A stretch of 64,000 nt of DNA. Origin: Stegostoma tigrinum (Eukaryota). The notes under the pieces were generated by a model that saw only the letters and a program-made list of their open reading frames with translations, ran no database searches and was not told the DNA's origin. Position numbers and translations under genes: made by a program. Positions 12,301 through 25,490 of the stretch are shown piece after piece. The stretch lies in contig NC_081374.1 in assembly GCF_030684315.1 (NCBI RefSeq), positions 12,202,837-12,266,836 on the forward strand. The letters are read 5' to 3'. Every line of letters begins with the position of its first letter. Position 1 is the stretch's first letter.

Positions 12301-12960
12301 GCTGCTGGCACATAATGCAGGTATGAAATAGCATGGTGCCATACAGCAACATGTCCACTCACTTGTCTGATGACTCCTAACAACCATGACAAGTTGCCTG
12401 GCTTTGCGTCTGCACTAAAAGCCAAGGCAGGATATGGATGCTGTCAGTATCCAGGTAGGCTCAAAGTGCATGAGCACTAGGACAGCAAGTGAGAAACCGT
12501 GCAATTCAGCCTGCTCAAATCTTTAAGCTCCCTTCTGGTTCCATAGTGCAAAGTATCCTTGTGATAGCATTTCAATAATAGTTACCAGTGCACCGTAAAG
12601 TGCAGCATGACAGAGCAGCAGGGTACCTTAAGTTCGCCACAGAAGGTATGGTGAGGCTGACAGTTGTCAAATTCCAGTGTCTGTGGATGTGAGGTGCATG
12701 CGGTTGATGGACTGAAGAGTGTCCTTAGGCATTGATGCCAGGTGTCCACTGGGCTGTAGGGGCAAGCGACGAGCTTGAGTTGCCAGGCACTCACTCTGAC
12801 TTCCTTGTCGGGAATTCTTGATCTCCAGTTTCCAACTGCAGGTGGCAGGATAGGATCCTGCGTAATAAGAGATGGAACTTGCAGTTAATGAGGGAATGAA
12901 AGATAAAATAATCCCCATTCGTAGGCTCATGCCACTCCTTAATGAGAATTTCGTTTCAAT
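9400..12960 (+). mobile_element. Probable decayed PIF/Harbinger-type element (Myb/trihelix protein relic)
   Basis: CRDKINDILHTVR|gtaagt at ~11700-11745, followed by a KRCEKGKMVGG..DIWLLNPYEERSL-like segment at ~12015-12110. These resemble Harbinger Myb/SANT-like proteins. Boundaries approximate. Confidence 0.4.
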
Positions 12961-13430
12961 GTTTTGAAGTCTGCTGGAGAATGTGAGTTAGAATGATCCT
13001 GTACCAAAGAGGCATTTTGGCCCATTGAGTCCATACCAACAAAGCTACACTAAATCTACACTAGTCCTACTTTACAGTATTAAGCCCATAGCCTTGGTTG
13101 CTCTCAACATGATGGAGGGCTCATTCGATTTCTCTCAAGATTCCTTTAGATATCTCTTTGTAGCCCATGCCATTCAGGGCTGTATAAAATTCCACCCTCA
13201 GCTCACTTTTCCTATGTTTCAGTTTGCTAACCTTTCATTGAGGTTTAACAGGTCTTACTACAGAAAGCTCTTATTCACTCACCTAATTATTCCAAATTCT
13301 CATTAAATTATGGAAGAGGATAAAACACAAAGAAGTGTATAATTTAATAATTCTTTATCAATCACAAGTTTTGCATTTTGTTCTGTTTGAAATCAGGTCT
13401 GACAATGACAATTTTTTCATTTCTTAAAAG

Positions 13431-13556
13431 TCTTTCAGAGATTATGGTGAAGATATCACCTATGACATAGAAACAAGCAAATCCCTCAGTTGGACACAAG
13501 ACTTTCCTACTTATATTTGTGAAAAGCAAAACTATGATCAGAAGGAGGCCATCTAA
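13431..13556 (+). CDS. Gene A candidate terminal exon (option 1)
   Basis: TTTTTTCATTTCTTAAAAG| phase 0; SFRDYGEDITYDIETSKSLSWTQDFPTYICEKQNYDQKEAI*. AATAAA at 13816-13821. Confidence 0.4.
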   Translation, partial: SFRDYGEDITYDIETSKSLSWTQDFPTYICEKQNYDQKEAI

Positions 13557-13825
13557 TTAACAAGTACAGCTAATTCAGGAGAATGGGTTCAATGATCTAC
13601 ACTTGGATTTCAATATTGCTTGTCTTATCAATACTTTATGTTCTCATAACTAGCATCATAAAGACAGTCTGAAGGTTTCATTCTAATCAATGTTTTCATC
13701 CTCATCTACAGTTTCAGTTCTGTTGCCTGGGGGGGTCTGCAAGAAATGCTGAGATTGTTGCAGTCATTAACAGACTGTTGCCTCGCAGTCCTTTGTCTAT
13801 TACTAGTAAATCCTTAATAAAATAG

Positions 13826-13942
13826 ACTAAAGTCTATGCTCAAATTCCAGACAGAGAAATACCACATGGACAAATTGTATACTCATCCAGTGATACCCCT
13901 GACAGTGATTTCTATGTAAATTGTCTCCTCCTGCCTTTATAA
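13826..13942 (+). CDS. Gene A candidate terminal exon (option 2, Tyr-motif tail)
   Basis: ..AAAATAG| phase 0; TKVYAQIPDREIPHGQIVYSSSDTPDSDFYVNCLLLPL* with YxxI, IxYxxS and YxN motifs. AATAAA at 14102-14107. The acceptor has a weak pyrimidine tract. Confidence 0.55.
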   Translation, partial: TKVYAQIPDREIPHGQIVYSSSDTPDSDFYVNCLLLPL

Positions 13943-15664
13943 ATTCATTTTTATAAAACCATTGTGTTATGTCATCTTTATCGGATGTATCATGCCATTG
14001 ATTATGTCTATTATATCAATTGTACACACGTCAGGTTAATTGCACATCCACAAATATAGTGTTAGGATGAGACGGAATGTCAACCTGTTAGATATTTTAC
14101 CAATAAACTGTCACCTAAACATTGCAAGGTCAGATATTTGGTGACAATCTTTACGTGAATGTACATTGAATATACAGCGATGAAATGATACTCGGAAGGC
14201 ATGTCAACTAATATGTTTTACATAGTCAGTTTTTATGGAAAGTTACTGTCTTAAAATGGACAATCATTGGGGTAAAGTCACAAAGTACTTGCAATTAGTA
14301 TGATCACAGCTGATGTTGTAGCTGAACAAGTCAGATATCAGGTTGAAACCTGGCTTGCTAAATCATATTTAAGGTTTTTGTTTTGGTTCTAACAAGGTGG
14401 TCTTTCACTGGAGCAAGAACGTGCAATTCTGAAGATTTGATTTTAACAATAAAACAACTTTTTATGGACAGAATTGAAGATAAAATAAAATTGAACATAG
14501 TATTTAGATTTAACATGTGTTTAAAGATTTCAAAACACATGGCACAGCACAGTCTCATTTATCCCAACAGTACTCCCTTACAGCACTCAAACACCAGAGA
14601 GAATTCCTCTCTATTATACATACAGTTTAACTTATCTGTGGTCACTAACCCCAGTGTTGATGATTTGATAGCTTCTTCCTTGATTCTTCAAACAAATGAG
14701 CTTAGACTTTCTCAGCTTCATGTAAACCCTTCGGGGTTTTACTTGAACACTTCTGATCGGGAACTGTTAAACTCCTAACACTGAAGTAACCTATTTATTA
14801 ACAATTCTAAAGCATCTTACGTTCTGAGGAGTAACTGTTTCATACATCCAGTTCCAGCCAAGACATTTGAAAACTGAAAAATCTGAAGCCCAATGGCTTT
14901 TTTCAAGCTATCAGCCTTTCCCCTAATCAAAAGAAAAAATAGTTGCCACAACTCAATAGGGCAAGTGTGCTGATACTTGAACCCCACTATTCCCAGAGTT
15001 GTCACAAAAATTAAAAGTTTAACCAAATAGACTCAGATTCACTGAAAACACTGATCAGGCCTCTCTACTTAACAAGAACTAAAATTTATTGCTAGTAAGT
15101 CAATTCCAAACATGGGCAAATAAAATTATTAATTACCAACATATAAATCTTACTAGCTAAAATTCTAACCCTGTATTTAATCCTTAAACACATATCCAGA
15201 CAGACTCAATAAGCAAACAGGCAGAGAAGTTAAAGGTAGAGGAAAGAAATCTGGGAAAAAGCAGATCAATCCCAGGATTGAATGGGATATCCGTTTTGCT
15301 TCTTCCAAGTCCTTCAGTTCTCTGAATACTTTACCTCCATATCCTTTCAATTTTTGATGATGACGCAGAGCATTTAGCACATGAATTTTTCAGTCACTGC
15401 TTGGAGGCAACAGCTTTCAGTAACTGGTAGGAGAGAATAGCTAGCACTCTTTCAGGTTTTAGTTATTTCACTGCAAGTTGCTCACCTGCTTTGCAGCCAA
15501 TCAGCGAATTAATGGCCTGCTGATAGTATCATGCCCCTGCAATGGGTCCCGATTGCAAAAATGAAGCTTACACCAATCTCCCAAAGCCATGGCATTCTAG
15601 GCTTCTACCTCCACTGCTTGAACAAAGCAACAGTGTAAACACAACTCAAAATGAATTCCAGTAA

Positions 15665-15876
15665 GAGACATTGGGAACTGCAGATGCTGGAGAATCCAAG
15701 ATAATAAAGTGTGAAGCTGGATGAACTCAGCAGGCCAAGCAGCATCTCAGGAGCACAAAAGCTGACATTTTAGGCCTAGACCCATCTGAAGAAGGGTCTA
15801 GGCCCGAAACTTCAGCTTTTGTGCTCCTAAGATGCTGCTTGGCTTGCTGTGTTCACCCAGCTTCACACTTTGTTAT
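15665..15876. mobile_element. Penelope-derived fold-back insert
   Basis: Palindromic. 20-bp TSD CTCAAAATGAATTCCAGTAA at 15645-15664 / 15877-15896. Confidence 0.85.
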
Positions 15877-16113
15877 CTCAAAATGAATTCCAGTAACTTG
15901 TTTTTAAAAGTGGAGCAGCTCCTTCTGCCAATTTTGTTTTAGAGAAGAATTTTCTTTTTGCTATTTTGGTCCTTAATCACAAATAAAGAAACAGAAAAAG
16001 ATATGGTTTTTATATCAATATCTGACTGACTAAATTGAAAGCCCAATGTACACCTGTTTCCTTTGTCCTGTCACAGAAACTTCCCTAATGGAAACAAAAG
16101 CTCATTGCACAGC

Positions 16114-16116
<3 letters not shown>

Positions 16117-16144
<28 letters not shown>
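16117..16144. repeat. (CT)n microsatellite
   Basis: Seen directly. Confidence 0.95.
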
Positions 16145-16150
<6 letters not shown>

Positions 16151-18879
16151 ATCTCCTGCTGCTGCTTTTAAAAGAAATCACCGAATCACCGAAGAAATCA
16201 CAGAAATGCTGGCACTTTAATTCTTAAACCTCAGGCACACAGAAAACACATATTCCACAGGTTCAGAATCCAGACTCAAACATAAATTATTACAATATAG
16301 ATAAATAACACATCTCATAATGCACAAGGTGTAATATAAGATGGTCCTGTAAACAGCCGCACTGAACAATGAAAGTACTCTATGACGGTAGAAGCACCCA
16401 CCTTAATATTCACAATGGAGCTTTAAAGGAATTTTTTTTAACTTTACAGTTCCTCCACTATAGAAATAGTAGAACTCATGGTGAAAATTTTTAGCCTTCT
16501 GTAACAAACAACTTGTTGGTTCAAATTTTTTTTTGATTTCATGTGCTGTCGATCAGGTGGCCTTGTGGTGTTGGGCCAGAAACTCAGGGTTCAAGTCCGA
16601 TGTCGGGAATTGTTAACTATAAAAGATGCAATTGTTACATGCCCATATGGGTTGATAGTCTTCCTGGAAATCCTTCCAATATGCCATTGGCAGCATTGCC
16701 TGGTTAACCATCCTGCAGAAGGCAATGCCAAACCACTGATGTATTTTGCCCATAAACATGGATCAATGCAACAAAAATCCCTGGCCCAAACTTTAGAAAA
16801 TTGAGGACAAAAGAAAAGACAGCTCTTTGATCAAACAATATTTATCATGTGTGGTACGTATCTATTTGATCTGTAACTAGTATCGAGATGACTGTGGTAC
16901 CCAATGATCAGCTCTGATAAACCTGACATAATTAAGGCTGATTATGAGCGCAGAGAAAGAAATTACCATCCTATACCCAACTATGTTCACATTTCCTCTA
17001 TTAATGAAGTAGGCCATGCCAATCGACAACAAGATCTGAACGACAACCATTTGGTAACGTTAACACTACATAACCCTCATTCAATGAGGTAACCACACAT
17101 AGCATGTCTTCCATGGTACTAACACTGCTAAATCCCCATCATCATAAATCAGTAGATTAACTACTTTTACAATCGAAGGCCATATGTTCAGCGTGGGTGA
17201 AAAGTTGATTATTCCTGAGCCTTGATGCTCCATTAAGCAGCTATAAATTTCAGCCTACAGGATACTCACAGCTTGTTCAGGCAAACAAAACTGCAACAAA
17301 TACTAAAGAGGCTCAATGGACTCCAAATCAGAGCAGACTTTTTGATCAGTGCCTTGGTTACTTCAAAACCTTTTTTCTTTATACAGAAGATTTGGAACTT
17401 GATTTATGAGATAAATCTCAGCATTATATCTTAACAGAAAGCCACTTTGGCTAAGTTTAAACAGTTACAGATTTCAACCACCAAAGCAAACAGATCAACT
17501 CTTAATTGGATCAAGTACCAAAGACCTGCAATAAAGTTTGATGGGTCAAGTCACAAGGTGTGGTCACTCACAATCTGTGCCTGAGACAGTGAGAGTTTTT
17601 TGACCAGTTCAAGGTTAACTCGTTCTACCCTTGACTGATACTCATTTGGGAAGAGCAGAAAGTGGTTTTGAGATTATGAGAGAGGGAGAAGGACGCAAGA
17701 TCAGACGGCCTGCGGGAGTCGGAGTGCATATTCATAAATTCCTTCATGTGGCAGGGCAAGGTAACAAGACAGCTATGAGATCCTTGAGTTGGCAAATTGG
17801 AGCATTAAATACAAAACACAGAGTTATACTGAAGCTTTACTAATCACTGATTCGGTTTCCAATTAAAGGGAGGAACTGGAATAGTGATATCATTGCTAGT
17901 TTATTAATTCAGAACTTAAATAATGTTCTAGAGTACCAGGCTTTGAACCTTGGCCATGGTGGCATTTGAATCCAAAATCTGGACTTAAGTGTCGAATGAT
18001 GATCGTTAGCTGACCAGCTCTGATGAACAGTTACCCCGACTTGAAACGTTAGCTTGCTCTCTCTCTCTTTAGATGCCGCCTGACCCACCATGATTTACAG
18101 CTTTTTTGTTTTCAGTAATATTTCCGGTGGAGTTTTAAGCCTGTTAATTTCAATGTCTTGGATGTCAGTTTACTTGTATGGCATTTCGCTGCCCCCCCAC
18201 CCCAACCCCACACCCCGCCTTCATTACAGTATGTAAGTATGATGTACAGCTCTACCTTCTACCTCTGACAAACAGTACGAAGAACAACAAATTGACACTG
18301 ATGCAGCAGGAGCAACAGTTGCATTTGCCTTTTTCTCTACCGTAAGATACCTGATCAAGCAAAAGAGATAACAGAGAGGTCCAGCTCCGTGAGGGCAGGA
18401 GCTCAAACCATGGTCTACAGGCAGAGGATCATTGTCTCAATGCGTCAGAGCACTAATGCCTAAGGGAGTTCAGATTATCTCAGCATGCCATTGCTGTCAT
18501 TCACAGCCGCCTGCAACAATCCCTTCTTCCCATTGGGCCAGATGGGCTGTTAAAATGGATCTCACTGAAGGAAAAGCACTCCCTAGCCACCACCTCACTC
18601 AGTTCTCTATCTGTCCCCGAACTTGTGGCTTCCTTTCTCCTGCAAAATTAGAGATAAATGAGGGCTAGGAATACTGGGTGTGAATAAGAGAGACGCTGGC
18701 AGAGAATCACAGTGAAGCATAAGTGCAAAAAGTTGTAGGATAGTTGGGGTGTTCAGGTGTGGAGATGAGATATCCAAACAAAGAGAAATGTATGATGCTG
18801 TAAACTGTGCTCTCCTGCAGAGGACAGCACAGGGAGTCCTGAGAATGTCAAGATGTGGCACTTGGCAATTGAAAGTGTT

Positions 18880-20590
18880 AGTCAAAGCAAATGACATTTA
18901 GGAAGGACAGAAAGCTGGGAAGAGTGGAGGAGTAGATCAGTTAATTAAGGGTGATTTTTGTGGAGTAAATGCATGGCCTTAAGGTCTGGAGATCAGGATG
19001 TAGGATCAGTTTTGACAGAGATGAGAAATAGTAAACACAAGGAATTTCATATGATAAAGGAGTAGCACTCTAACAGATCGTGAATTTCAATAAACCTGTT
19101 GGACTAAAACTTGCTGTTGTGTGATTTCTGAATAAAGATAAGAGGTTATTTTGGACAATAGTTTATAGGCCCCTGACTGTAACCATGCTCCAGGATGGAG
19201 TATACAGGATAAACATTATAGGTTCTGGAGAAGAAGATATGACAATAACTGTGACAATCACTTACTATGGATACCATAAATGACTTGTCTGAAGGGACTG
19301 ACTGTAAAGATTTGTAGGAAAGTAATTACTAAGAGGACATAAGGAGTATGGAGAGAGAGCTAGGGATCAGTTCAGTGAGTGGGAAAACGTTTGGCAAATG
19401 GACTAACATGTGGAATAATGTGTACATATTCACTTTGCAAGGAACATTAGAAAAGCAGCGTCACATTCCAATGGAGAGAGCTCACAAGACTCTCAGGTAC
19501 AGATGGATTGGGGATGTCCTGAGATATGAATGAGAAAAGGTTGGAATATGGATCCAGCAAGTGGTTATGAATTGAATGTTTTGATTTTTTCAAAGGGAAG
19601 CGGAATATCAAGGCAGGGATGGTTTGCCTTAGTTGTAAAGAATATAGCTGAGACCATGCCTGCAATATTGTGTTCAGTTTTTTTCTCTCTATTTAGTAAA
19701 GGATACGGATGTGCGACAAGCAGTTCAGAGAAAGCTCACTCAACTGATACCTGACATGTGGAAGTGTGGTTATCTTATGGGGAAATGCAGGACAGTTGGG
19801 ATTCCAAACAGAAACAGACAGCTCACAGTATTGCCCCTCTCCTTCCAAAGAGCTCATGGATCTTTCAGCTCAGACAGTACAATTGAAAGGACCGATCTCT
19901 GGGTTTTGTTCAATTTACTAACTGTGAGAGATATTTCCCATGTTCTATTGTGTGTACAATGCTCAATAACTCTCAATCTGACCACAAAGTAAACAATCAC
20001 ACTATGCTCACACAACTCACATGAATTCAATACTTAGTTGGATGATTTTTTTGGAGAGGAGTAGAGTTCATTAAGCCCGGTATGACTATAATTTAAATTT
20101 ATTCATTAGCTTCAAGTATAAATAATTTGGTACTGAATTAATTATAGTTCCTTGTTTAATCAGATACTTTCTAATGAGGGAATGAGCTATAATCCGTTAG
20201 CTGCTCTTTGCTGATCTGGCTGACCTCTGTATCAGTCACGTGCTACACTCGGTTTCAGGCCCAATCATTTAAACCTTTCTTTCATATGCTTACAAATATT
20301 TCACGTCAGTCCAAAAGCTCAAGGACTTTGCAAGTCGCCCAGAAAAGCAGCAACTAACCCACCCCAAAATGAAATGACTTACTCATAAACTGTTACTGAA
20401 AGAACCACTGGTGCCATTCCAGTGTGAGAACATTGGCTTTTGGGCTTCAGTTTATACTTGTCAACAGAATAGTTGGTTGGCCTGAAGATTTTTGGTTTAA
20501 ATTGGAAATCTATGATTGGATGAATCAAATACTCAGTTCATGCAAAATATTTATATTCATTTAACAGTTATTTTATAACCTCATCCACAA
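18880..20590 (+). repeat. Old paralogous block (partner ~38070-39645): decayed CR1 plus activating TM exon region
   Basis: Collinear similarity, roughly 80-85% by eye. Compare ORFs 19711..19992 and 38800..39042. Confidence 0.85.
20164..20399 (+). pseudogene. Dead activating-type (Arg) TM exon, paralogue of 39213-39453
   Basis: Same acceptor CCTTGTTTAATCAG|. Reads YFLMRE*AIIR*LLFADL, so both Trp codons have become stops (TGA 20183-20185, TAG 20198-20200), with a later frameshift. Confidence 0.8.
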
Positions 20591-21700
20591 CTAAATTCAC
20601 ATGGGATTCGGGGAAGGCTGACTTGATGGATAAAAAAAACTGGCTTGGTCACAGAAAACAGAGGGTATCGATGGAATGGTGTTTTTCAGAATGGAGACCG
20701 GTAACTAGTGTTATTCCTCAGGTATAAGACTTAGGTCCTCTGTTGTTTGTAGTATGTATAAATGATCTGGAGGAAAATGTGAGTGGTATAATTAGTAAGT
20801 TTTCAGATAACCTGAAGATTGTTAGAGTTACTGAATTGTAAAAGGATATAACTGGATATGGATAGATTGGCAACTTGGGGACAGAAGTGAGAGATGGAGT
20901 TTAATCCAGACAAATGTGAGGTGATGAACTTTGGAGGATCAAATTTAGGTGTGCATAGTACTGTTAATGGCAGAACCCTTAGGAATATTAACATACAGAC
21001 GGATCTGAGTGTATAGGCCAACATCCCTAAAATTGGCAACACAGATGGCCAAGGTGATTAAGAAGGCATATGGCTTCATTGGCTAGGACATGGGGTATAA
21101 GAGTTGCCAAACCATGTTACTGCTATATAAAACCGTTGGTAGGCTGCTTTTGGAGTATTGCATGCAGTTTTGGTTGTCACATTACCAGAAGGATGTGGAA
21201 GCTTTGGAGAGATGCAGAGAAGGTTCACCTGGATGTTGCCTGGTCTCGAGGGCACTGGCATTGAGGAAAGGTTAAAAAGACTAGGATTGTTTTCACTGGA
21301 AATATGACAGCTGAGAGGACACATGGTAGAGGTCTACATAATTATGAGAGGCATAGATAGGGTTGATAGTCAGTGCCATTATTTTAGAGATGAAGTTTCA
21401 ATGACAAGGGGGCACAGGTTGAAAGTGAGTGGGCAAAAGTTTAAGGCAGATGTGCGAGGGAAGTTTTTTACACAGACAGTGGTAGGACTCTAGAATGCAC
21501 TGCCAGAGGAGGTGGTGGATGCTGGCACATTAGCAACATTTAAGAGGCATCTGGATGGTTACATGAATAGGGAGGGAACAGAGGGATACAGACTGAATAA
21601 AGTCGGAAGGCTAGCTTTTTAGTTTAGTCAGGGCATGATGATCGGCACAGGCTTGGAGGGCCGAAGGGCCTGTTCCCATGCCGTACTTCTCTTCTGTTTC
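20590..21700 (+). mobile_element. CR1-type LINE 3' fragment
   Basis: Degenerate RT C-terminus (LLLYKTVGRLLLEYCMQFW) and a GGGCCGAAGGGCCTGT tail. Absent from the paralogous block at ~39.7 kb. Confidence 0.88.
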
Positions 21701-21789
21701 CAAATGTCACATTGAACTGAGGTGTGGGAGGTGGCACCTAAAAGTGTCTGAGCTTAGCCAAAGTGTGTTGTATTGTACAATCTGAAGCA

Positions 21790-23460
21790 TTAGACCTGTT
21801 GACTTGGATGTACACGCGTGAAATTGAATCTCCCCTGAATCTAGGAACATGAAACAATTTGAGAGAAGCCAAAATCTCACCATTTAAACCAGGCTAACTC
21901 CACCCATCCACACAGATGTGGGTTTTTGACAAGTATCTCTTGAAGTGCCTCACCTTTGAAGGACGCTCAATTCATTCATCCTCATCGGTTCCAGTGCTTT
22001 AGATTCATTTCTAAATCTGTTCTCCAGCCAAATAAGGGAAGGATCAACTGGATACTTTGGACACAGAATGGAAATGAAGCCAATTTCCACGTTAAGATGG
22101 GTCAGAAGATTCATTAAGTCATGCAAGAAAGTCCAAAATATTTCACCTTGTATTTAGAAGTTATTTCACGATATTTTACGATTTCACATTTTAATACAAT
22201 CTGAAAGGCTTTGTAAACTCTCCATTAGAGTCACTTCTCAATATTTTTACAACTGAGGTTGGAGAGGTCACAGTCACTCTCGTCCTAATACTGCACAACT
22301 CACAGGACAAAATAAAAATAAATTTTCCAGTTCCCATGACATCTAGTTATCCATATCAGTCAAAGATCAATCAAGTTTCTTAATAAACACAATCGTTGAT
22401 CTTTTGTGAAATGAAACTTATTCAACAATGATGCAATAATTGGTTAACATTCACAGTCAGTACAACAGATATACATGCTTAACTCTCTAAATATCCCCTA
22501 ACTACAGACACAACATACTCACACTCATACAGATACACTCACACTCTGGAAAATAGAAAATAAAACAGATTTCTCTGCGAGGGATTGGTTCACTGAAAAC
22601 TAAACACTTTGGCCAAAGGATTATTCGAAGGGAAAAGCTCAGGATGCTTCAGAGTCTGTTGTTCTGATATTCTGGCAAGTGTGCTCATGTCATTAATCAC
22701 ATATAATTGTAACAGAGATAATGGGAACTGCAGATGCTGGAGAATCCAAGATAATAAAGTGTGGAGCTGGATGAACACAGCAGCCCAAGCAGCATCTCAG
22801 GAGCACGTCAGCTTTTTGGCTCCTGAGATGCTGCTTGGGCTGCTGTGTTCATCCAGCTTCACACTTTATTATCATTAATCACATATGGTTGTCTCAGGGT
22901 CCTTGCAGCAACTGCATGCCCAAGAAATACAATGTTCAGATGATTTTTTTTAAATCGTTCTTTCAAAAGTACAATCATGCTACATCATGATCTGAAATAG
23001 AGATTTGTTATTCAGAAATTAGAGTCGTCAAGTCTTACTGCATGGAACCAGACTCTTCAGTCCAACTAGCCCATGTCAACCATGTTCCAAAACTAAGCTA
23101 GACCCACCTGCCTGTATATGGTCCATATCCCCCCAAACCTTTCCTCTTCATTTATTTTCCAAGCTTCTTTTAAATGTTGTAACTACAGCTGCATCCAGCA
23201 TTTCCTCTAGCAGTTAATTCCACGCACTAGACATGTCTGTGAAAAACATTTGCCCCTCATGTCCTTTTTAAATCTTCTTCCTCTCACCTGAAAAATACAC
23301 CACCAAGTTTTGATCTCACCATCTCACTACCAATGGATGTTTGCTATTCATCTTATCGATGCCACTCATGATTTCATAAATCTTTTTCTGGTCACCCCTC
23401 AAACTCTTATGCTCCAGTGAAAAAAGTGCCAGCCTATTTTTATAAATCAAACCATCCATT
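21790..23460 (+). repeat. Old paralogous block (partner ~39845-41750)
   Basis: Collinear similarity, e.g. CTGTTCTCCAGCCAAATAAG and TCTGAAAGGCTTTGTAAACTC, including a shared minus-strand CR1 tail. Confidence 0.8.
22712..22871. mobile_element. Penelope-derived fold-back insert
   Basis: TSD TCATTAATCACATAT at 22690-22704 / 22872-22886. The paralogous site at ~41160 is empty. Confidence 0.85.
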
Positions 23461-23635
23461 CCTGGCAACATCATGTTAAATCTCTTCTGTACCACCTCCA
23501 GGTTAATTATATCTTTCCCATATCAGGCTGACCAGAACTGCGCGCAATATTCTCCAGAACAGGCCTCACCAATGTCTTGTACAACCACAACATTATGTCC
23601 CAAATTCTATATTCAAAGGTCTGAGCAATGAAGGT
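23015..23635 (-). mobile_element. CR1-type LINE 3' fragment
   Basis: Reverse-complement CR1 RT C-terminus and 3' UTR. Confidence 0.8.
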
Positions 23636-24260
23636 GGGGAGACCAGCTGGGCTGCTTTATCTTTGTAAGCTTTCCTCCAAACTAGCTGGTTCTCATCAAG
23701 CTTCCCATCATGTCGATTTGCTTTTTTGCAGGCTTCTCTCTAATTAAGCCAGATAAAATAAGCATCTCTCCTAGTCAGTCACTGATCAAAACAGCCCAGC
23801 AGGGTAAACTGCAATGCACACCATTATCAACAGTCTTGTTATTACTTGGGAGCCTTATTGAAAGAAATCTCCAATGTCAAGTGTGCTATCCATGTCCTAT
23901 TTTCCAGAAGCCACTTTCAAGTGAGACCACAAAACTTAAAATAAGTTACATTTTCACAATACTCGAAAATTTTGAACATCTGAATAAGCCTAAATATAAA
24001 GCAACTTCATGACAATAAGATGATACCTTATTCTTTTTTACAATTTGAAAATATTAGTAATGTTTCCAAAAATTGTATCAATTATTTCTGTAACAAAAGG
24101 TAATTAGCTTTTACTTGTATATTCAGGAGCAAGTTGTATTCTTTGCAATTGTCACAAATTACACAATTCAAGAAAATAACTCAATCCTAGTTTGCATTAA
24201 CCAGCAATAACTCCTGTAAAAATATGTTTCATTCTGCTTTTGAAATATAATATAGTAATT

Positions 24261-24700
24261 GGGTTAATTCCCATAAATATGTGGAGGCGGGTTCGGGTGC
24301 ATGTGGAAAGTTCCATCATGGAAATTCCAAATCACAGCCACATTCTGCCTACCAACAACTGTCACCGGGACTGATTGCCTGTGAACTGGGAACTGTCACG
24401 CAGCTATCTGATGAGTCATGTAAATTTTCAACTTGACAATTAAATTTTGTTCCAATGAATGATTCAGCTTTTAAGCACCAGCCGACCTATTTCCTAGATT
24501 GTGTGGAGGCTGCGGCCCTCACGCAGGTATGTGCACAAAACATCTTCAGTGAACTTAACAGGCTGGGAAACCTTCGAAAATGGAACAGAAGTCATGGCCA
24601 GGTAAGAAACTACTGTTCACAGCACTGCATATCACAGAGGGTCTCAGTGAATGACAGATGATTACCAACACCTTTGAAAGAACCGACTTCCTGTATGATC
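24261..24700 (+). promoter_or_regulatory. Candidate immune-inducible promoter
   Basis: kB-like GGAAAGTTCC (24305-24314) and GGAAATTCC (24320-24328), GC-box-like GGAGGCGGG (~24283), AP-1 TGAGTCA (24412-24418) and ETS ACTTCCTGT (24686-24694). All lie in unique sequence just before a leader-like exon. Confidence 0.4.
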
Positions 24701-24750
24701 ATAGGGCTTAAAATTAGCCCATTTGGTTTTCGGCATGGAGAACTTCATGA

Positions 24751-24808
24751 ATGCTTGTATCTTTGCTGTTTTTCTCAGTGCTTCGCCTTATCCTACTGCA
24801 TACCTGAG
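24751..24808 (+). pseudogene. Orphan leader-like exon with in-frame stop
   Basis: MLVSLLFFSVLRLILLHT* + G|GTAGGT (phase 1, strong donor). An alternative frame from ATG 24735 is open but ends in phase 2. Confidence 0.45.
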
Positions 24809-25173
24809 GTAGGTTACTCAAACCTTTGCATATTCACATTATGGTGGTAACCACCAAATCAACTGAATGTAGTCTCCTGAACAACATTTCCAGTTGTTAC
24901 AAGTAGTCCTCCCAAGTATCATGGTACACTACCTGGCTATTGCCTGGTTCATCATCCTCTAGAAAGTTGCTGAAGGATTTTTTTTTGACAGAACGACGTC
25001 AATCAGCATTGGAAAAGGCCATCTCGAATGTTAAAAGCTAATATTGTTTAGTACTGGCTGTTAAATATAGTTACTGGTATCACCTGAGCAAATCTGTTTT
25101 TGTCGGAAATTTGGCATGGTCAACCCTATCAATACTATCTGCCAAGTGAGGAATTGGGTGGAACTGTATTTTC

Positions 25174-25490
25174 AGAATCCCTACAGTGTGGAAACAGGCC
25201 CTTCAGCCCAACAACCCCACACCAACCCTTGGAGCATCCCAACCAGACCCATCGCCCTATAACCCACCTGAGCTACACATCCGTGAACACTCTGGGCAAT
25301 TTAGCATTGCAAGTCCACCCAGCCTGCACATCTTTGGACTGTGGGAGGAAACCAGAGCACCCAAAGGAAACCCACACAGACACAGGGAGAACGTGCAAAC
25401 TCCACACAGACAGTCACCTGAGGGTGGAATCAAACCCGGGTTCCTGGCGCTGTGAGGCAGCAGTGTTAACCACTGAGCCACCGTGCCGCC
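25174..25490 (-). mobile_element. HE1-like SINE
   Basis: Full-length reverse complement of the 1491-1809 family. Confidence 0.9.

Noticed and set aside
9130-13846. YTDL..YAQI as an ITAM in gene A
   Set aside because: Only 3 residues separate the two YxxL/I motifs if the exons are joined directly; ITAMs need about 6-8 or more.
14310-16295. LTR-like repeats on the minus strand
   Set aside because: The composition suggests nested solo LTRs, but I could not fix termini or TSDs.
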